Shown here in pieces: positions 61,832 through 64,000 of a stretch of 64,000 nt of DNA. A program made the position numbers and the translations under genes. Each line of letters begins with the position of its first letter. Position 1 is the stretch's first letter. The stretch comes from Fimicolochytrium jonesii (taxonomy: Eukaryota), in assembly GCF_025526975.1 (NCBI RefSeq), contig NW_026515682.1, positions 620,001 through 684,000 of the forward strand, in the 5' to 3' direction. The notes below the pieces were generated by a model that was not told the origin of the DNA, made no database searches, and was given only the letters and a program-made list of their open reading frames with translations.

Positions 61832-62194
61832 CTAAAGCTTGTAATCAACGCTTCCCAGGAACTCCCTCCATTTGCTCACGACACCCTCGAAGTCCTCAAC
61901 CAGTGCTTTACTCAGTTGCGCGCAATGGATGGCTCCCAAAAGAAGATCAATGTCGCTTTCGGACGTGTCCTCGCCGGCTAGTACGCGCCGACTGATTTCG
62001 CCGAGCCTGGTGCTGTCATGGCTGGCGAAGGTCTGGAAGTAGACGCAGGTGCAACCCTTGGATCGTCCGGACGTGTGGATGAATTGTGCACGGATTGAAT
62101 CGCGAGCGTGCTCATCCGTGTGGTTCTTCATGTCGCTGTCCATGACTTGCTGGAAACGCACTAGCTCTTGTTGGTGTACACAGGTGGTTGCCAT
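61832..62194 (-). CDS. Intronless hypothetical protein (120 aa)
   Basis: Clean ATG-to-stop ORF, helical composition, convergent with the previous ORF. Confidence 0.5.
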   Translation of the reverse strand: MATTCVHQQELVRFQQVMDSDMKNHTDEHARDSIRAQFIHTSGRSKGCTCVYFQTFASHDSTRLGEISRRVLAGEDTSESDIDLLLGAIHCAQLSKALVEDFEGVVSKWREFLGSVDYKL

Positions 62195-62454
62195 GTTGTT
62201 CTGGTGGTTTGCCTACAACCAGTTGAAACGTTGCCCTTATAACCTTGCGCGGCTGACAACAAACTGACAGCGATACCGTGTTGTCCAGTAGGGATCCATT
62301 AGCGATTACATAATTAGTTGAAAAATTATCGACAGCGCGTCTCCCACATCTTCAATTGGTGATGATGGATGGGGGAAAAGGAAATAGTCAAATACTTCAC
62401 CCATAGGAAGTCACCTTCACGGCGCGCAACCTCGTTCCTTTCTGTGCTCAGGAT

Positions 62455-63260
62455 GTGCTGCCCAAGACCGCAATGGACGCAAACCCATGCTCAACTCTGT
62501 TCACAGAAGACTTGAAGAGGGCTTTTCGTATATCCTGCCGACTGCTTCCCGGCTCCAGTGGGTGCCCTTCTATACAACCTGTTGCACGCAGTGCCAAAGA
62601 AGTTTCGGCACGAATGGGGCAGGGTATAAGACACATATTGGGGCGCTTCAATCAGAGCCGCTCCCAGAGTGGCCCTTCGAGGCCTGGACATCACCATATG
62701 GGGCACGTGCAATCCGCCCTTGATCAAGAAGTGCACGCATAGGTTGGAATTAAACCAAGGATCAAAGGTTGCAGCCTTTGGACTACTTTGGCTAGATGAA
62801 GCGCGATCGTGTTTGGAGAAAACCGGTACTGGAATCCCGCATCGAGAATCAAAATTAAAAGATGGATCTAGAGAGCCTGTGAGACTAAATTTCATTGAGA
62901 TCACACGCTCCACACCGTATAATACAAAGATGGAAGTCTTACAGAAACAATTTGAGGCCTGCTCCTACGCTATCAGGTGAACCACGGTACATTTCCATAT
63001 TCCTGTACATGCGAGCGGAAGTATGGATGTTTCGTTATGCGTTCTATGTACCATTCGTGCAGAGGCAACAGGAGCTCGCTCTCCAAAGCCTGCCCTTTGG
63101 CCCATCGCCGACTTTTGTCATGCATTCTTATATGCATGATATCGCACTCCATGATGCGCAGAGACTCGATACAGTCCTCTCAATGGCCACGCAAACCGAG
63201 GAATTCCACCCTTTGCCTGACGAACTGGGATGCGTCTGTGGCAGTTCCTACATTGCGTAG
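62455..63260 (+). pseudogene. Decayed ORF paralogous to the region near 38050-38420
   Basis: 21-nt exact match TTTTCGTATATCCTGCCGACT (62523 vs 38143) plus nearby similarity; broken frames. Confidence 0.35.
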
Positions 63261-63773
63261 ATAGTATACCGTGCCCTCCTTCCCTTCCTCCAGGTGGTAG
63301 ACCTCCTCAAAGGCCTGTGCGTCACATGCGGCCCTCCCCTCCCTCTCCCTCGCCACTGAGCACATGCAGTTGTGCATCGAACGGAGTCCCAGTGTTTTGG
63401 GAGTGATATGCTCCGCCAAGATTGAGAGCTTCAAGAGCTCTTCTGGTGTAAGGTGTCGTTGATCGTCGATGTTCCCATTGCAGAGCCCCGGCATGTGATC
63501 GGTTGCACACCTGAGCCAGAATCGCAGAAGAAGGCCGTCCGGACAACGCTCAGCGAGGTACGTATCATCATCAACTACCCTTGTGATTGGGAACCTACAC
63601 CCCAACAGCTTGTGGTTCAGCTGCCCAAACTTGCACATTTCCGAATGACGTGCGTGATCATGTAGTGCATCGAGTTTATCAAGGTGCAGTTCTACGTCCG
63701 AGAGCTGGTCGGTGAGCATGGCAAATGTTCGGATGATTGGGTCGGTCCCGTTGGGGAGTGGAGGAGATACCAT
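63180..63773 (-). CDS. Intronless hypothetical protein (197 aa)
   Basis: ATG-to-stop ORF with an N-terminal coiled-coil-like stretch (DPIIRTFAMLTDQLSDVE); 3' end uncertain. Confidence 0.5.
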   Translation of the reverse strand: MVSPPLPNGTDPIIRTFAMLTDQLSDVELHLDKLDALHDHARHSEMCKFGQLNHKLLGCRFPITRVVDDDTYLAERCPDGLLLRFWLRCATDHMPGLCNGNIDDQRHLTPEELLKLSILAEHITPKTLGLRSMHNCMCSVAREREGRAACDAQAFEEVYHLEEGKEGTVYYLRNVGTATDASQFVRQRVEFLGLRGH

Positions 63774-64000
63774 TTGGAGGTCGCTTCGATGAAGAATGTC
63801 GGTTTTTGCCGTGCGTTTTCATTTCGTCCCAGGCGAGCTTATATAGAAATTCTCCAACTCAGGATGGACATGGCGCCCCCCGCTGCTGTGAAACACATTT
63901 CGCTCCTCTGTCTGTAATCGAAGGTTCGCCTGCGCTGGGACCTATCGTAGCATAGGGTATCTGTGACGCGTTCGGCGTTTCTCATATTAGACCGATAGTT

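Overview
Eukaryotic, repeat-rich window of roughly balanced GC with short GT-AG introns and a TTAGGG tract. The gene families suggest an early-diverging fungus, possibly a chytrid (inference). About half of the window is nested, decayed LTR retrotransposons: two Ty1/copia families and at least four Ty3/gypsy chromovirus families, several with exact 5-bp target-site duplications (TSDs). Host-type genes in the middle are a full ABCB/MDR transporter, a dCache-HAMP-like membrane sensor and a 7TM GPCR-like gene. The main hidden signal appears when the two TSD-bounded gypsy elements at 46761-52586 and 54099-60317 are removed. Three minus-strand pieces then rejoin in frame into one intronless gene of about 1000 codons: an AEP/PrimPol primase, a PriCT-like segment and a UL9-like SF2 helicase. 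It sits among compact orphan ORFs and next to an inverted repeat, and is probably an endogenous DNA virus or self-replicating element. Other notable items: a copia element with a chromodomain between integrase and RT, a chromodomain+Ulp1-protease gene, a possible Fanzor/TnpB C-terminal remnant, Tf1-type self-priming signals, conserved -1 frameshift signals, non-canonical LTR termini, and a telomere-repeat-anchored dispersed repeat. All domain calls are by-eye motif recognition; no searches were run.
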